From: Thermodesulfobacteriota bacterium
GTDB lineage: Bacteria > Desulfobacterota_D > UBA1144 > Nemesobacterales > JAJCZQ01
NCBI GenBank assembly: GCA_965203965.1
Contig: CBDBDR010000017.1
Coordinates: forward strand, 800,001-864,000
Direction: 5' to 3'
DNA: 64,000 nt
Positions 52,263 through 62,628 of this stretch are shown piece after piece. The notes beneath the pieces were generated by a model. That model worked only from the letters and a program-made list of their open reading frames with translations. It ran no database searches and was not told the origin of the DNA. The position numbers were made by a program, and so were the translations under genes. Within the stretch, counting starts at the first letter, position 1; the number at the start of each line of letters is the position of its first letter.

Positions 52263-52739
52263 TTACCTTGCAGGGTAATTTTGTAGATCAAGTAACATCT
52301 CAAGAGCATCGTCGCCGGTCTTACTATAATAATTTCTCCTGACCCTCAAACTTTCAAATCCAAGTTTTTCATAAAGACTTATTGCACTATAATTATCCAG
52401 TCTAACCTCAAGGATCGCATGGTTGGCACCTTTGTTAATAAAATACTCCAGCGTGTGGCAGACCAACTTCCGACCAATCCCTTTATTTCTAAACCTACCA
52501 TCCACGGCTATTTTTAGTATGTGTATCTCGTCATAGACAAAATACGACAGGCAATATCCGATCAGTTCTCCATATTCATTCTCACAACCAATACTGTAAG
52601 AATTTTTATTTTTAAATAACGTTTCAAAAACCGTGCGAGGCCACGGAGATACAAAAGAAACGTCCTCAATTTTTAGTATTCCATCCAGATATTCTTCCGT
52701 CAGCTCTAGAATACAGTCCTTAGTTGTAATATCAGCCAT
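52263..52739 (-). CDS. rimI: Ribosomal protein S18 alanine N-acetyltransferase
   Basis: SPW, EIHILKIAV, RNKGIG, LEVRLDN..AISLYEKLGF, RRNYY, DA. Confidence 0.92.
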   Translation of the reverse strand: MADITTKDCILELTEEYLDGILKIEDVSFVSPWPRTVFETLFKNKNSYSIGCENEYGELIGYCLSYFVYDEIHILKIAVDGRFRNKGIGRKLVCHTLEYFINKGANHAILEVRLDNYSAISLYEKLGFESLRVRRNYYSKTGDDALEMLLDLQNYPAR

Positions 52740-52758
52740 GACTTTACCATATTAAACA

Positions 52759-53775
52759 TCATTGTTGTCCCACTCTGTAAAACCTCGCCAATTTGTCCGC
52801 TGCATGAAAGGGGCTGAGTTTCCCATCCATCACGTCTCTTTCCATTCTATCAATAAACTTACGGACGCCATCATGTTTATAAAAATTGTCTTTCAACATT
52901 TCTACAACCGTTTCGTGCATATGGTAGCTTGCCTGCTTTCGCCTGTTTTTCGCAAAATAACCTGAAGCAACGATCAACTCAAAATATTTCTCTATCACAC
53001 TCCAAACCACATCAATACCTTTTTTTTCCAAGGATGAACACGTTAGCACACGAGGCTTCCAACCCGAATCGGGAAGAGGGAACAGTTTCAGGGCGCTTTC
53101 AATCTCTTTCTTTGCCAATTCCGCTCCATGCACATTTGCACCATCAGATTTATTTACTACAACCGCATCGGCAAATTCCATTATTCCCCTCTTTATACCC
53201 TGCAGCTCATCACCGGCACCGGCAAGGTGAAGCAAGAGGAAAAAATCCACAATGGAATTGACAGCAATCTCGGACTGACCCACTCCGACAGTTTCAACGA
53301 CCACTACATCAAACCCGGCAGCTTCACATAAGATAATTGTTTCTCTCATTCTGGATGTAACACCGCCCGGAAAACCCGATGAGGGTGAAGACCTCACGTA
53401 TGCACGAGAATTTTTTGAAAGATTTGTCATCCTAACCTTATCGCCGAGAATGCTACCTTTTGTTGTTTGACTTGAGGGATCAACCGTAAGAACTGCCACT
53501 TTCTTGCCAAACTCATCGGTCAAATACGTGCCAAATGTGTCAATGAACGTGCTTTTACCAACTCCAGGGACTCCTGATACTCCTATTCTTATGGAGTCAC
53601 CTGCGTTGGTAAGACATTTTTCAATAATCTGCTGTGCTAAGTCAATATCCTCCTTTAATGCACTTTCAATAACCGTTATGGCTTTGCTGAGAATCGCAAT
53701 ATCAGAATCCAGTATTCCGGCAACGTATTGGTTGACAGTTAATGAGCTTTTTCTTCTTTTAGCACCGTTGACCAT
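52759..53775 (-). CDS. meaB: Methylmalonyl-CoA mutase-associated GTPase
   Basis: GVPGVGKST, VDPSS, GSILGDK, ETVGVGQSE, GDELQGIKRG, NKSD. Confidence 0.95.
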   Translation of the reverse strand: MVNGAKRRKSSLTVNQYVAGILDSDIAILSKAITVIESALKEDIDLAQQIIEKCLTNAGDSIRIGVSGVPGVGKSTFIDTFGTYLTDEFGKKVAVLTVDPSSQTTKGSILGDKVRMTNLSKNSRAYVRSSPSSGFPGGVTSRMRETIILCEAAGFDVVVVETVGVGQSEIAVNSIVDFFLLLHLAGAGDELQGIKRGIMEFADAVVVNKSDGANVHGAELAKKEIESALKLFPLPDSGWKPRVLTCSSLEKKGIDVVWSVIEKYFELIVASGYFAKNRRKQASYHMHETVVEMLKDNFYKHDGVRKFIDRMERDVMDGKLSPFHAADKLARFYRVGQQ

Positions 53776-53801
53776 TATTCAAGTTATAAATGCGGAGAAG
53801 T

Positions 53802-55955
53802 TCAGACGACTCTGCCAATTAAAAGATCAAGAATTTTTTCTGCAGCATGGGAAATAACGGTTCCCGGTCCAAATATCTCAGATACTCCAGCTTTGTATAA
53901 AAATTCATGGTCTTTCTTCGGAATGATACCACCTACTACTATCACTATATCACCGCTATCCAACTCTTTTAACTCATCTATTAACTTTGGAACGAGTGTT
54001 TTGTGTCCACCGGCAAGACTGGAAACACCCAGTATATGAACGTCACTTTCCACTGCTTGCCTAGCAGCCTCGGCAGGGGTTTGAAAAAGAGTGCCTATAT
54101 CAACGTCAAATCCAAGATCAGCAAAACTGGTTGCAATTACCTTCGCTCCTCTGTCGTGGCCATCTTGTCCCATTTTTACAACAAGTATCCTGGGTCTCCT
54201 TCCGTCAAGCTCTGCAAATTTGTCCGCCAGTAATCTTGCCTTTTTAAAATCAAGATTTCCCTTCATCTCCAAAGAATATACACTGGAAATTGCCCTTGTA
54301 ACTGCCTCATAGCGTCCGCATACTTTCTCACAGGCATAGGATATTTCACCCAGAGTTGCTCTCCGCCTTGCAGCTTCAACCGCAAGCTCAAGCAGATTAC
54401 CCTCACCTGACTCCGCACACCTTTTTATTCTGTCAAGGGACGCTTCAACTGCTTTATTGTCCCTTTTTTTCTTGATGTTTTTTATACGCTCAATCTGGAT
54501 CTGTTTGACTTCACTATTATCTATTTCAAGTATATCTATATTGACGCCCTGATCGGCTTTATACTTGTTCACACCAACAATTACATCTTTTCCCAAATCA
54601 ATTCTTGCCTGCTTTCTAGCTGCGGCTTCCTCTATTCTCATCTTTGGAAGTCCAGCTTCAATTGCCCTTGTCATTCCTCCCAACTGTTCAACCTCTTCAA
54701 TCAAATCCCATGCCTTTTTCGCTATACGGTCAGTGAGATACTCAACGTAATAAGAACCAGCAAGAGGATCAACGGATCTGCAGACGTCTGTCTCTTCTTG
54801 GATATAAATTTGCGTGTTTCTTGCTATTCTTGCTGAAAAATCCGTAGGCAGGGCAATAGCTTCATCAAGTGCATTGGTATGAAGTGACTGGGTACCTCCG
54901 AGAACGGCAGCCATTGCTTCTACACAGGTTCTGACAATATTGTTGAACGGGTCATATTCCGTGAGGCTCCACCCGGACGTTTGGCAATGTGTTCTCAAAG
55001 CCAATGATTTTGGATTTTTTGGTTTAAACTGATTTACAATTTTTGCCCATAGCATTCTACCTGCTCTCATTTTGGCAACTTCCATAAAATGATTCATCCC
55101 AATTCCCCAAAAAAATGATATTCGTGGAGCAAAATTATCAACGTTCAACCCAGCTTTCACTCCTGCACGTATATATTCAAGTCCATCAGCAAGCGTATAG
55201 GCAAGTTCAATATCAGCAGTTGCGCCGGCTTCTTGCAGATGATACCCGCTGACGCTGATAGAGTTGAACTTGGGCATCCAACGTGAAGTGTATTGAAAAA
55301 TATCTGCAATTATTCTCATTGAAAATTCAGGCGGATAAATATATGTGTTCCTAACCATGAATTCCTTGAGAATATCGTTTTGAATAGTGCCACTCAATTT
55401 TGCCGTTTCCACTCCCTGCTCTTCTGCTGCAACAATATAAAAAGCCATGATGGGTAAAACGGCACCGTTCATGGTCATCGAGACAGACATTTCATCAAGC
55501 GGTATCTGGTCAAAAAGTATTTTCATATCCTCAACGGAATCAATCGCCACTCCTGCCTTACCAACATCCCCTGATACTCTTTCATGATCGGAGTCGTAAC
55601 CCCTGTGAGTTGCAAGGTCAAATGCAATTGAAAGTCCTTTCTGTCCCGAGGCAAGGTTGCGCCTGTAAAATGAGTTGGACTCTTCAGCAGTGGAAAAACC
55701 TGCATATTGCCTGATTGTCCACGGCCGTGTCACATACATAGTTGAGTATGGACCTCTTAAGTATGGAGGTATTCCAGCAGCGTAATTCACGTGATCCAAA
55801 TCTTTTATATCTTCTTTTGTATAAACCTGTTTCAATGCAATATTTTCTGCCGTCAGCCAGTTTTCATGGGCAGAATTGGCATCTGGTTTTCCGCTTGACG
55901 ATCCTCGGGACTTTATACGGGATTTTATATCAATATCTGAAAAATCTGGTCTCAT
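53802..55955 (-). CDS. scpA: Methylmalonyl-CoA mutase, large catalytic subunit
   Basis: [21 protein letters not shown]12-binding MGQDGHDRG (DxHxxG), SSLAGGH. Confidence 0.96.
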   Translation of the reverse strand: MRPDFSDIDIKSRIKSRGSSSGKPDANSAHENWLTAENIALKQVYTKEDIKDLDHVNYAAGIPPYLRGPYSTMYVTRPWTIRQYAGFSTAEESNSFYRRNLASGQKGLSIAFDLATHRGYDSDHERVSGDVGKAGVAIDSVEDMKILFDQIPLDEMSVSMTMNGAVLPIMAFYIVAAEEQGVETAKLSGTIQNDILKEFMVRNTYIYPPEFSMRIIADIFQYTSRWMPKFNSISVSGYHLQEAGATADIELAYTLADGLEYIRAGVKAGLNVDNFAPRISFFWGIGMNHFMEVAKMRAGRMLWAKIVNQFKPKNPKSLALRTHCQTSGWSLTEYDPFNNIVRTCVEAMAAVLGGTQSLHTNALDEAIALPTDFSARIARNTQIYIQEETDVCRSVDPLAGSYYVEYLTDRIAKKAWDLIEEVEQLGGMTRAIEAGLPKMRIEEAAARKQARIDLGKDVIVGVNKYKADQGVNIDILEIDNSEVKQIQIERIKNIKKKRDNKAVEASLDRIKRCAESGEGNLLELAVEAARRRATLGEISYACEKVCGRYEAVTRAISSVYSLEMKGNLDFKKARLLADKFAELDGRRPRILVVKMGQDGHDRGAKVIATSFADLGFDVDIGTLFQTPAEAARQAVESDVHILGVSSLAGGHKTLVPKLIDELKELDSGDIVIVVGGIIPKKDHEFLYKAGVSEIFGPGTVISHAAEKILDLLIGRVV

Positions 55956-55958
55956 AAC

Positions 55959-57878
55959 TCAATCTATACCGAGCTTCCGGTGGTATTTTGAAAGCACGGA
56001 GTATAACCCGGACTTTGAGTGAATGAAATCATCAACACCCAATTTTTCTAACTCTTCTGCAACGTCCTTGGGATAACCGGCAATAACAACAATGGTTTTC
56101 GGTTTAGCACTCTTTATCTTTTTCACTGCACTACTCGCAGTTTTTGCATAATCTTCATCGTCACTGCACATCACAACGATCTCGGCATTACTATTTATTG
56201 CTTCATTTGCTCCTGCTTCAATACTGTCAAATCCCACACTGTCTATGATCTTGTAACCTGCACAGCCAAAAAAATTTGCCGTGAACACGGCACGTGCACT
56301 CCTTGTGGCAGGATCTCCTGCTTTGAGTAAAAACACCCTTGGAGACTTACCAAACTTTTCTCTAAACTTCTCCGTTCTGATCCTAATATCTTCATATATC
56401 TTTGCTAAATTAAGTTTTCTCAGTTGCTCAACTTTCCAGCCGTTCGTCACTTTATTTTTCGTGGTTTCACTAACGCATGTTAATAGCTCCCCTGAATTAC
56501 TCAGATGATCTATTATTTTCTCATCTAAATTTGGAGATTGGCTAGTGCCCACAATACGGCTTGCTCCCGATCTTATACTATCTATCTTTGAACTCCCTGA
56601 CTGACTTACCTGATCCTGAATATACGAACTTTCCACGCAATCTGTGAATCCCCCCATTTTTTCAACATTCTGAAACAAATCAAGTGCCTCACTGGCTATA
56701 AGGTCAGTCAACTTCTCAATATAGTAAGAACCGGAAACAGGATCCATAACTTTGTGCAGATAGGCTTCTTCCTTCAATATTAATTGTGTGTTCCGAGCCA
56801 GTCTGGCTGAATGATCTTTTCCGGTATTATACCTTCCATCAAAAGGAAAAACGCAAAGCGAGTCGCAGCCTCCCAGGATCGCCGCCATTGATTCCACAGT
56901 TCCCCTCAAAACATTCACGTATGGATCATAAAGGGTCTTATTTCTATGGGAAGTAATACAGTGAAGACTCATTTTACAGGAAGAGATATTCTGAGGATTA
57001 AACTTTTCCACTATCTTCGCCCACAAAATCCTAGCAGCTCTCAGTTTTGCGATTTCCATAAAATAGCTTGAACCAACAGAAAATATGAAAACCATCTTAT
57101 CCGAGATCATATCCACGTCTAGCCCTTTATCTTTCAGCTTTACCAGGTATTCACATCCTGCAGACAGTGAAAAAGCAAGCTCCTGAACTATATTTGCCCC
57201 TGCATCGGAAAAACTTTCACCATTAACAGCTAATGTTTTATAATGTGGTGCTTCCCTATCAGCACAAATGATGAGATCCCTGACTTTCTGGAAACAATCA
57301 TCACTTTTGAAAGGCAAAAAACCATCCGATAGCAGATCATTTAAAGGACTGTAATACGAAGAGCCGTATAATTCTAAAAGATTTATATTTCTCTTTTGAG
57401 ATTCTTTGATCAACAGATTGAACAGCTTCATAAAATCCGTTCCAGACTTAAAATTCAACTTCGTCTCATGCAGAGGTATATCTCTCAGCAATTCAGACAT
57501 TTCATCTGCGGAATTTACTGACACTCCGGAAAAAGTCAGCGAATTTACCCCATTTGCCAATGCCTCTCTGGCTACCCTATTGGAATTTTCAACGTCTTTT
57601 CCGCTTATCTCTTGGCATATATCCCATCTATATCTGCCTGTATTGTTTCCCCTGGCAAATGGAAATTCTCCCGGTAGTGGGTCAGTCAAATATGAAAGAC
57701 TATCAATATCTTCCAACGTATAAAATGGACAGATGTCAAACCCCTCATCCGTTTTCCAAGTCAACGGGGTGGTATGTTTAGTGTCCCTCTCAACCCGTCT
57801 GCTCCATTCCTCGGGAGTTGTGGAAGGAAATTCTTCAAATAAACCAACTTCTTTTTTTGGAACTGTTTTATTTTTCAA
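55959..57878 (-). CDS. mutA: Methylmalonyl-CoA mutase, small subunit
   Basis: YFMEIAKLRAAR, DPYVNVLR, RLARNTQ, GSYYIE; lacks DxHxxG; TTG start. Confidence 0.9.
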   Translation of the reverse strand: MKNKTVPKKEVGLFEEFPSTTPEEWSRRVERDTKHTTPLTWKTDEGFDICPFYTLEDIDSLSYLTDPLPGEFPFARGNNTGRYRWDICQEISGKDVENSNRVAREALANGVNSLTFSGVSVNSADEMSELLRDIPLHETKLNFKSGTDFMKLFNLLIKESQKRNINLLELYGSSYYSPLNDLLSDGFLPFKSDDCFQKVRDLIICADREAPHYKTLAVNGESFSDAGANIVQELAFSLSAGCEYLVKLKDKGLDVDMISDKMVFIFSVGSSYFMEIAKLRAARILWAKIVEKFNPQNISSCKMSLHCITSHRNKTLYDPYVNVLRGTVESMAAILGGCDSLCVFPFDGRYNTGKDHSARLARNTQLILKEEAYLHKVMDPVSGSYYIEKLTDLIASEALDLFQNVEKMGGFTDCVESSYIQDQVSQSGSSKIDSIRSGASRIVGTSQSPNLDEKIIDHLSNSGELLTCVSETTKNKVTNGWKVEQLRKLNLAKIYEDIRIRTEKFREKFGKSPRVFLLKAGDPATRSARAVFTANFFGCAGYKIIDSVGFDSIEAGANEAINSNAEIVVMCSDDEDYAKTASSAVKKIKSAKPKTIVVIAGYPKDVAEELEKLGVDDFIHSKSGLYSVLSKYHRKLGID

Positions 57879-58041
57879 TCTCAGCCCTCAAAAATGCAGA
57901 AATAGTATGATACACGTTAAGATATTATGAATAAAGTAAAGCAGTATAGCGTGAAGAGTTTTTATATTCGTCCTATGAATATGTGCCTGTTCTAAACTCT
58001 CTTCACTATTTATCAGAAAAAATAAATTAAAATATGTATTC

Positions 58042-58070
58042 TTGACAAGGCAGGTCTATAATGGTAGTTT
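58042..58070 (+). promoter_or_regulatory. Putative sigma70 promoter of the FTR1 gene
   Basis: TTGACA, 17 nt, TAGTTT with TG extension. Confidence 0.5.
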
Positions 58071-58129
58071 CAAAGAGTTTTCAAGTTCTTAAATGGTAAC
58101 GTAACACAAGTAAAACTCCTGACCTTAAC

Positions 58130-60277
58130 ATGAAATCCAAAATTAACTTGCTTTTACTGATCATCGCAGCACAGGTGATTTTCACCTCTTCAACCGTATT
58201 CGGCAGTAATGACTATCAAAAACTCTTTTCTTTAATTGACTACATCGGAGGCGACTATAAATTTGCGATCAGTAAAGGCGAAGTAGTAAACGACGCGGAA
58301 TACGCGGAAATGATTGAATTTTCGGAGTCTGCCATAGCTATTGCAGGCAGACTGGAAAAATCCGACGACAGCTTAACGGAAAAGATAACTTCATTAAATA
58401 ATAAAATAAAAACCAAATCCTCCGTTCAAGATGTGCAAGATACAACTGCTGAAATAAAGAAGTATCTAATATCAGTCTTTAATATCTCAACAAGCCCTTC
58501 GGTAAAACCCAGCATGAGTAATGGCTCCATCCTGTTTGCCAAAAACTGCACGGCTTGTCACGGTGAAAGAGGCAACGGAAAGGGCGTACTTTCGGCAAAC
58601 TTCATACCTGCACCCACTAACTTTAAATCCCAAGAAATTTCACTGTCTCTCTCACCACTCAAAGTTTACAATACACTCAATTTTGGCCTTGAAGGCACCG
58701 CAATGCCAGCTTTTTCCACCTTGACGGACGAGGAAAAATGGGATGTAGCATTTTACGTTTTATCAATCAGTTTTCCCGATGAACTCCCCAGCAATATAGT
58801 AAATTCCACTATACCAGAAAATCTCAAGGATTATAAAAGACTTGCTTCACTAACAAATGAAGAGATCAGGGATGAGGTTGAAGATAATCCTCTTGCTTCA
58901 GCAAGGTTTTTAAGAAATTCTTACGACGATGATAGCAATAATAGCGATGATGAAAACGAATATATTGGTCTTACCATCGCAGGGTTAAATTCGGCATTGG
59001 AACACTATAAAAAAGGTGATCATAAAAAGGCACTTGACAGTTCAACGGAAGCTTATCTGGAAGGTTATGAACAAGTTGAATCTGAGGTTTCAGTGGCAGA
59101 CGGTAAACTGGCTCTTAAAATTGATAAAAACATGGCAAAACACAGAGCACACATAAAAAAAGGGGGTTCCGTGGACAGCTTGGAACAAATAACAAATACC
59201 ATATCTGGCGACTTGAACAAGGCTTCGGTTTTACTGTCAAATAAGAATACGTTTAGTTCGGCTGTTTTATTTACAAACTCATTTTCTATCATTTTAAGGG
59301 AAGCTCTTGAGGCAATACTTATAATTGCTGCCATTATTGCATTTTTGATAAATACCGGATCAAGAAAGTCAATAAAATACATTCACATTGGCTGGATCTG
59401 TGCCATAATTGCAGGACTACTTACATGGCTTGCCGCAAGGACGGTAATCTCCATATCAGGACTGAGTCGGGAATTGATTGAAGGGTTTACTTCTTTAATT
59501 GCAGCCGCTGTTCTGTTTTACGTCAGCTATTGGCTTATATCCAAGATAGAAGTGGAAAAATGGAAAGAGTTTATAAAAACAAAAGTGGAAACCGCACTGA
59601 ACAAAAAGAGCTTTGCAGCATTGGTCATCGTCTCGTTTCTTGCAGTTTACAGAGAGGCATTTGAGACTGTCCTGTTTTATCAAGCATTGAGCTATCAAGC
59701 GGAAGGAAACACCGCACCCTTAGTATGGGGACTAATTGCCGGCATCGCAGTTACGGGTATTTTGGGGGTTATTGTATTCAAACTCGCTATCAGTATTCCA
59801 ATAAAATATTTTTTCTCCGCCACCAGTCTTCTGCTGTATTTTCTTTGTTTTATCCTTACAGGAAAAGGAATTCATGAGTTTCAGGAAGCTGGTGTTATAG
59901 GAATGACCTTTATAAATTACATCCCACGGATTGATATAATCGGTGTCTATCCAACTCTGGAAACACTTATTCCACAATCAGTAATAGCTGCAGCGTTCAT
60001 ATTCGCATCCTTTTGGATTGCAGGCGTTTCCAGGGATAAAGAAAGAAAAGAGATCGCCGTAAATGTGTCCCACATATCGGAAGAACTTAAAACAATGTAT
60101 GAATCGTTTGACCACATAAAGGGACACATACTTGAATGGAGAAAGTGCGAGGAAATTGACCTTGAAGCAGAGGAACTTGACCACCGGATCCATGAAGTTA
60201 TAAATCACGTTGATCAATTGCAAAACAAACTCGGAGATTTTTATCAAGACGTCGCCAGACCTGTAAGAACAAATTGA
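58130..60277 (+). CDS. Cytochrome c / FTR1-family iron permease (PbrT-like)
   Basis: Signal peptide, DYIGGDY, heme CTACH, GTAMP, two RExxE motifs (REALE, REAFE), YPTLET, soluble C-terminal tail. Confidence 0.9.
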   Translation: MKSKINLLLLIIAAQVIFTSSTVFGSNDYQKLFSLIDYIGGDYKFAISKGEVVNDAEYAEMIEFSESAIAIAGRLEKSDDSLTEKITSLNNKIKTKSSVQDVQDTTAEIKKYLISVFNISTSPSVKPSMSNGSILFAKNCTACHGERGNGKGVLSANFIPAPTNFKSQEISLSLSPLKVYNTLNFGLEGTAMPAFSTLTDEEKWDVAFYVLSISFPDELPSNIVNSTIPENLKDYKRLASLTNEEIRDEVEDNPLASARFLRNSYDDDSNNSDDENEYIGLTIAGLNSALEHYKKGDHKKALDSSTEAYLEGYEQVESEVSVADGKLALKIDKNMAKHRAHIKKGGSVDSLEQITNTISGDLNKASVLLSNKNTFSSAVLFTNSFSIILREALEAILIIAAIIAFLINTGSRKSIKYIHIGWICAIIAGLLTWLAARTVISISGLSRELIEGFTSLIAAAVLFYVSYWLISKIEVEKWKEFIKTKVETALNKKSFAALVIVSFLAVYREAFETVLFYQALSYQAEGNTAPLVWGLIAGIAVTGILGVIVFKLAISIPIKYFFSATSLLLYFLCFILTGKGIHEFQEAGVIGMTFINYIPRIDIIGVYPTLETLIPQSVIAAAFIFASFWIAGVSRDKERKEIAVNVSHISEELKTMYESFDHIKGHILEWRKCEEIDLEAEELDHRIHEVINHVDQLQNKLGDFYQDVARPVRTN

Positions 60278-60315
60278 TTTGTAACCTTCCGTCATAACAA
60301 TTAATATAAAAATCC

Positions 60316-60990
60316 GTGAAAGAAAAGGTGGTTATAATACTCTCGGGGGGAATGGACAGTTCAACTCTTTGCTACAAATATGTGAAAGATGATTTTGATG
60401 TTTACTGCCTGACGATAATATATGGTCAGAGACATGTCAGGGAAATAGATTCCGCAAGCAAAATCGCAAAAACTCTTGGAGTCAACCACAAGATTATTGA
60501 CCTCTCCCCTTTGAAACAGCTTCTATCAGGTTCGGCATTGACCGATCCTTCCGTGAACATTCCCAGAGTCCCCGAAAGAACTGATTATTTTAACACGCTC
60601 AGATCAACAATTGTTCCCAACAGAAATGCGATCTTTCTGTCAATGGCAACAGGATATGCTCAAAGTATCGGTGTCGATAAAGTCTGCTTCGGGGCACACC
60701 ATTCAGACAGGGGAGTTTATCCAGATTGCAGACGGGAATTTGTTGAGACTTTTGAAACTGCTGAAAAATTGGCAAATGACAATCCAAATTTAAAAATAGA
60801 AGCTCCCTTTGTAAATATGGAAAAATCGAAAATTGTAGAGTTGGGATTTAAACTGGGAGTTCCTTTTGAATCAACTTGGACGTGCTATGAGGGGGGTAGT
60901 CTTCACTGCGGCACTTGCAGCGCATGCAACGAGAGAAAAAAGGCATTCAGAGAATCCGGCGTAAAAGACCCCACTCAATACCAGAATTAA
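60316..60990 (+). CDS. queC: 7-cyano-7-deazaguanine synthase
   Basis: SGGMDS, YGQRH, VPNRN, YPDCR, TWTCY, CGTCSAC. Confidence 0.95.
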   Translation: MKEKVVIILSGGMDSSTLCYKYVKDDFDVYCLTIIYGQRHVREIDSASKIAKTLGVNHKIIDLSPLKQLLSGSALTDPSVNIPRVPERTDYFNTLRSTIVPNRNAIFLSMATGYAQSIGVDKVCFGAHHSDRGVYPDCRREFVETFETAEKLANDNPNLKIEAPFVNMEKSKIVELGFKLGVPFESTWTCYEGGSLHCGTCSACNERKKAFRESGVKDPTQYQN

Positions 60991-60993
60991 AAT

Positions 60994-61635
60994 ATGAAGG
61001 TTAATGAAATTTTCTATTCAATTCAGGGTGAAGGACTGCAAATTGGGCAACCTACCGTTTTTCTGAGACTTTTTGCCTGCGACCTGAGATGTAGTTGGTG
61101 TGACACAATGTATGCCGTTAAAGGCAATGATTACAGAGAAATGTCCAATGAAAAAATCTTTACAGAAATAGGGAAATATAATTGCAAACGGGTCTGCATC
61201 ACCGGAGGAGAACCTCTTATACAAAAGAAAGAGCTTATACCCTTTACCAGTAAACTGATCGAAGATGGATATTTTATTGTACTTGAAACCAGTGGACACA
61301 AAGAGCCTCCAGAAATATTTCAAGATAAATCCTGCTTGATCAGCATGGACTGTAAATGCCCGAGTTCAAGAATGGAAAACCGCATGAATTTCAGTTTATT
61401 TGAAAAATTGACATCAAAGGACCAGCTTAAATTTGTTATACAGGATGAGGAAGATTACTCGTATGCAAGGAGCATACTAAAAAAATATGAAGTAAAAGCC
61501 TCAATAATATTTCAACCCATTCACGGAAAGAGCCTTCACTGGCTCACGGAAAAAATTCTCGAGGATAAGTTGAACTTTATCAGAGTGCTGCCCCAGTTGC
61601 ATAAAATAGTGTGGGGGAAGAAAAGAGGTGTTTAA
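60994..61635 (+). CDS. queE: 7-carboxy-7-deazaguanine synthase (radical SAM)
   Basis: EIFYSIQGEG, CDLRCSWCDT, TGGEP, ETSG, PQLHK. Confidence 0.94.
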   Translation: MKVNEIFYSIQGEGLQIGQPTVFLRLFACDLRCSWCDTMYAVKGNDYREMSNEKIFTEIGKYNCKRVCITGGEPLIQKKELIPFTSKLIEDGYFIVLETSGHKEPPEIFQDKSCLISMDCKCPSSRMENRMNFSLFEKLTSKDQLKFVIQDEEDYSYARSILKKYEVKASIIFQPIHGKSLHWLTEKILEDKLNFIRVLPQLHKIVWGKKRGV

Positions 61636-61643
61636 GAATAAAC

Positions 61644-61678
61644 CCCATCAATTCAATCTGGTTATATAAATTGATGGG
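61644..61678 (+). terminator. Stem-loop downstream of queE
   Basis: CCCATCAATT / AATTGATGGG perfect 10-bp inverted repeat with 15-nt loop; no clear U-tract. Confidence 0.4.
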
Positions 61679-61764
61679 TCCAGTTAGAAAATTAAATGTT
61701 TGCTTATATATTGTATAACAGTTTATAATTAAGTTTGTTAAACAGATTTTAGGGAGACGACACA

Positions 61765-62628
61765 ATGAGGAACAAAAAGGAAACATACAATTATGAACCT
61801 TTTGCCGATACAGATGATTACAAAAAAGTCAACGGGGATATAATAACAAGTTGGGTTCAACTTATGGTTGATAAAGGTGTGGGAAAAATTGAGAAGATAC
61901 TGGACGTAGCAACTGGCGCCGGAACGATGGTGCAGATTTTCTTTTCTTGTTTACCTTCACAATGGAAAAAATCATTGGTAATGTGCTTAGATCAATCTTC
62001 AGAGGCACTGAAAGTAGCCCAATCCAAACTTGAAAACCAGGTAGAAAGTCTCAAATTCATTAACTCTCCAATTGAAGAACTGGATCTGGCTAATAATAGT
62101 ATTGACATTGCTATATGGGGAAATGGTATCCATTATTTAACGGAAGAATCACAGATCAAAAGCCTTAAAAAGATAAAAAAAACTTTGAAGCCTGGGGGTT
62201 GGTTATTTTTTAACACTGCCTTTTATGAGGAAGCAAGGCCCGCGGAAACAATTCCATTTTACAGGACGCAGGTAAAAAACGCGGTTCTTATGTTAAGAGA
62301 AAAAGGCATTAAGCGTGGAACAAAGGAAAATAAGGCCGAAGCGGCAAAGTTTCATCCTAAATCATACTATGAAGAGTTGGTGAGTAAAGCGGGGCTCAAT
62401 CTGGTAAAAGCTCAGGAGTTTGCCGGCAATCTTACACAGAATGCATGGGAGCATATAAGTGGATTTCAGCAATATGCAGCGGGTGCGCTACATGGTTATC
62501 CAGCCGACGATGCTTCTGACGCAATGAAAACCGCAGTCGCACCATCCATATTGCTACATGGGGAGAAAGATAAGGATGGAAAGTTGTTTGTTATTAGAAA
62601 CTGGCTTGCGGTAAGTGCACGGGCTTAA
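61765..62628 (+). CDS. Class I SAM-dependent methyltransferase
   Basis: LDVATGAG motif I, LDQS, LKPGG; own promoter candidate TTGCTT-18-TATAAT (61700-61729) and SD. Confidence 0.82.
   Translation: MRNKKETYNYEPFADTDDYKKVNGDIITSWVQLMVDKGVGKIEKILDVATGAGTMVQIFFSCLPSQWKKSLVMCLDQSSEALKVAQSKLENQVESLKFINSPIEELDLANNSIDIAIWGNGIHYLTEESQIKSLKKIKKTLKPGGWLFFNTAFYEEARPAETIPFYRTQVKNAVLMLREKGIKRGTKENKAEAAKFHPKSYYEELVSKAGLNLVKAQEFAGNLTQNAWEHISGFQQYAAGALHGYPADDASDAMKTAVAPSILLHGEKDKDGKLFVIRNWLAVSARA

Larger units (their letters stand above)
49722..52593 (+). repeat. Tandem duplication, copy 2 (intact)
   Basis: Contains promoter, lipoprotein A2, terminator, lipoprotein B and the 3' two-thirds of rimI; counterpart of 48293-49671. 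Confidence 0.85.

Noticed and set aside
48410..52593. Diversity-generating retroelement (TR/VR pair) as the explanation for the repeats
   Set aside because: No reverse transcriptase in the window. A1/A2 differences are not adenine-specific relative to either copy, span more than 600 nt and include indels. The four G-to-A changes in the rimI fragment fit ordinary GC-to-AT decay. A remote DGR cannot be excluded without the rest of the genome.
57879..58129. Cobalamin riboswitch upstream of mutA, or Fur box upstream of FTR1
   Set aside because: Only an 8-bp inverted repeat (GTGAAGAG 57951 / CTCTTCAC 57999) is visible. No B12-box-like conserved elements and no GATAATGATAATCATTATC-like site.
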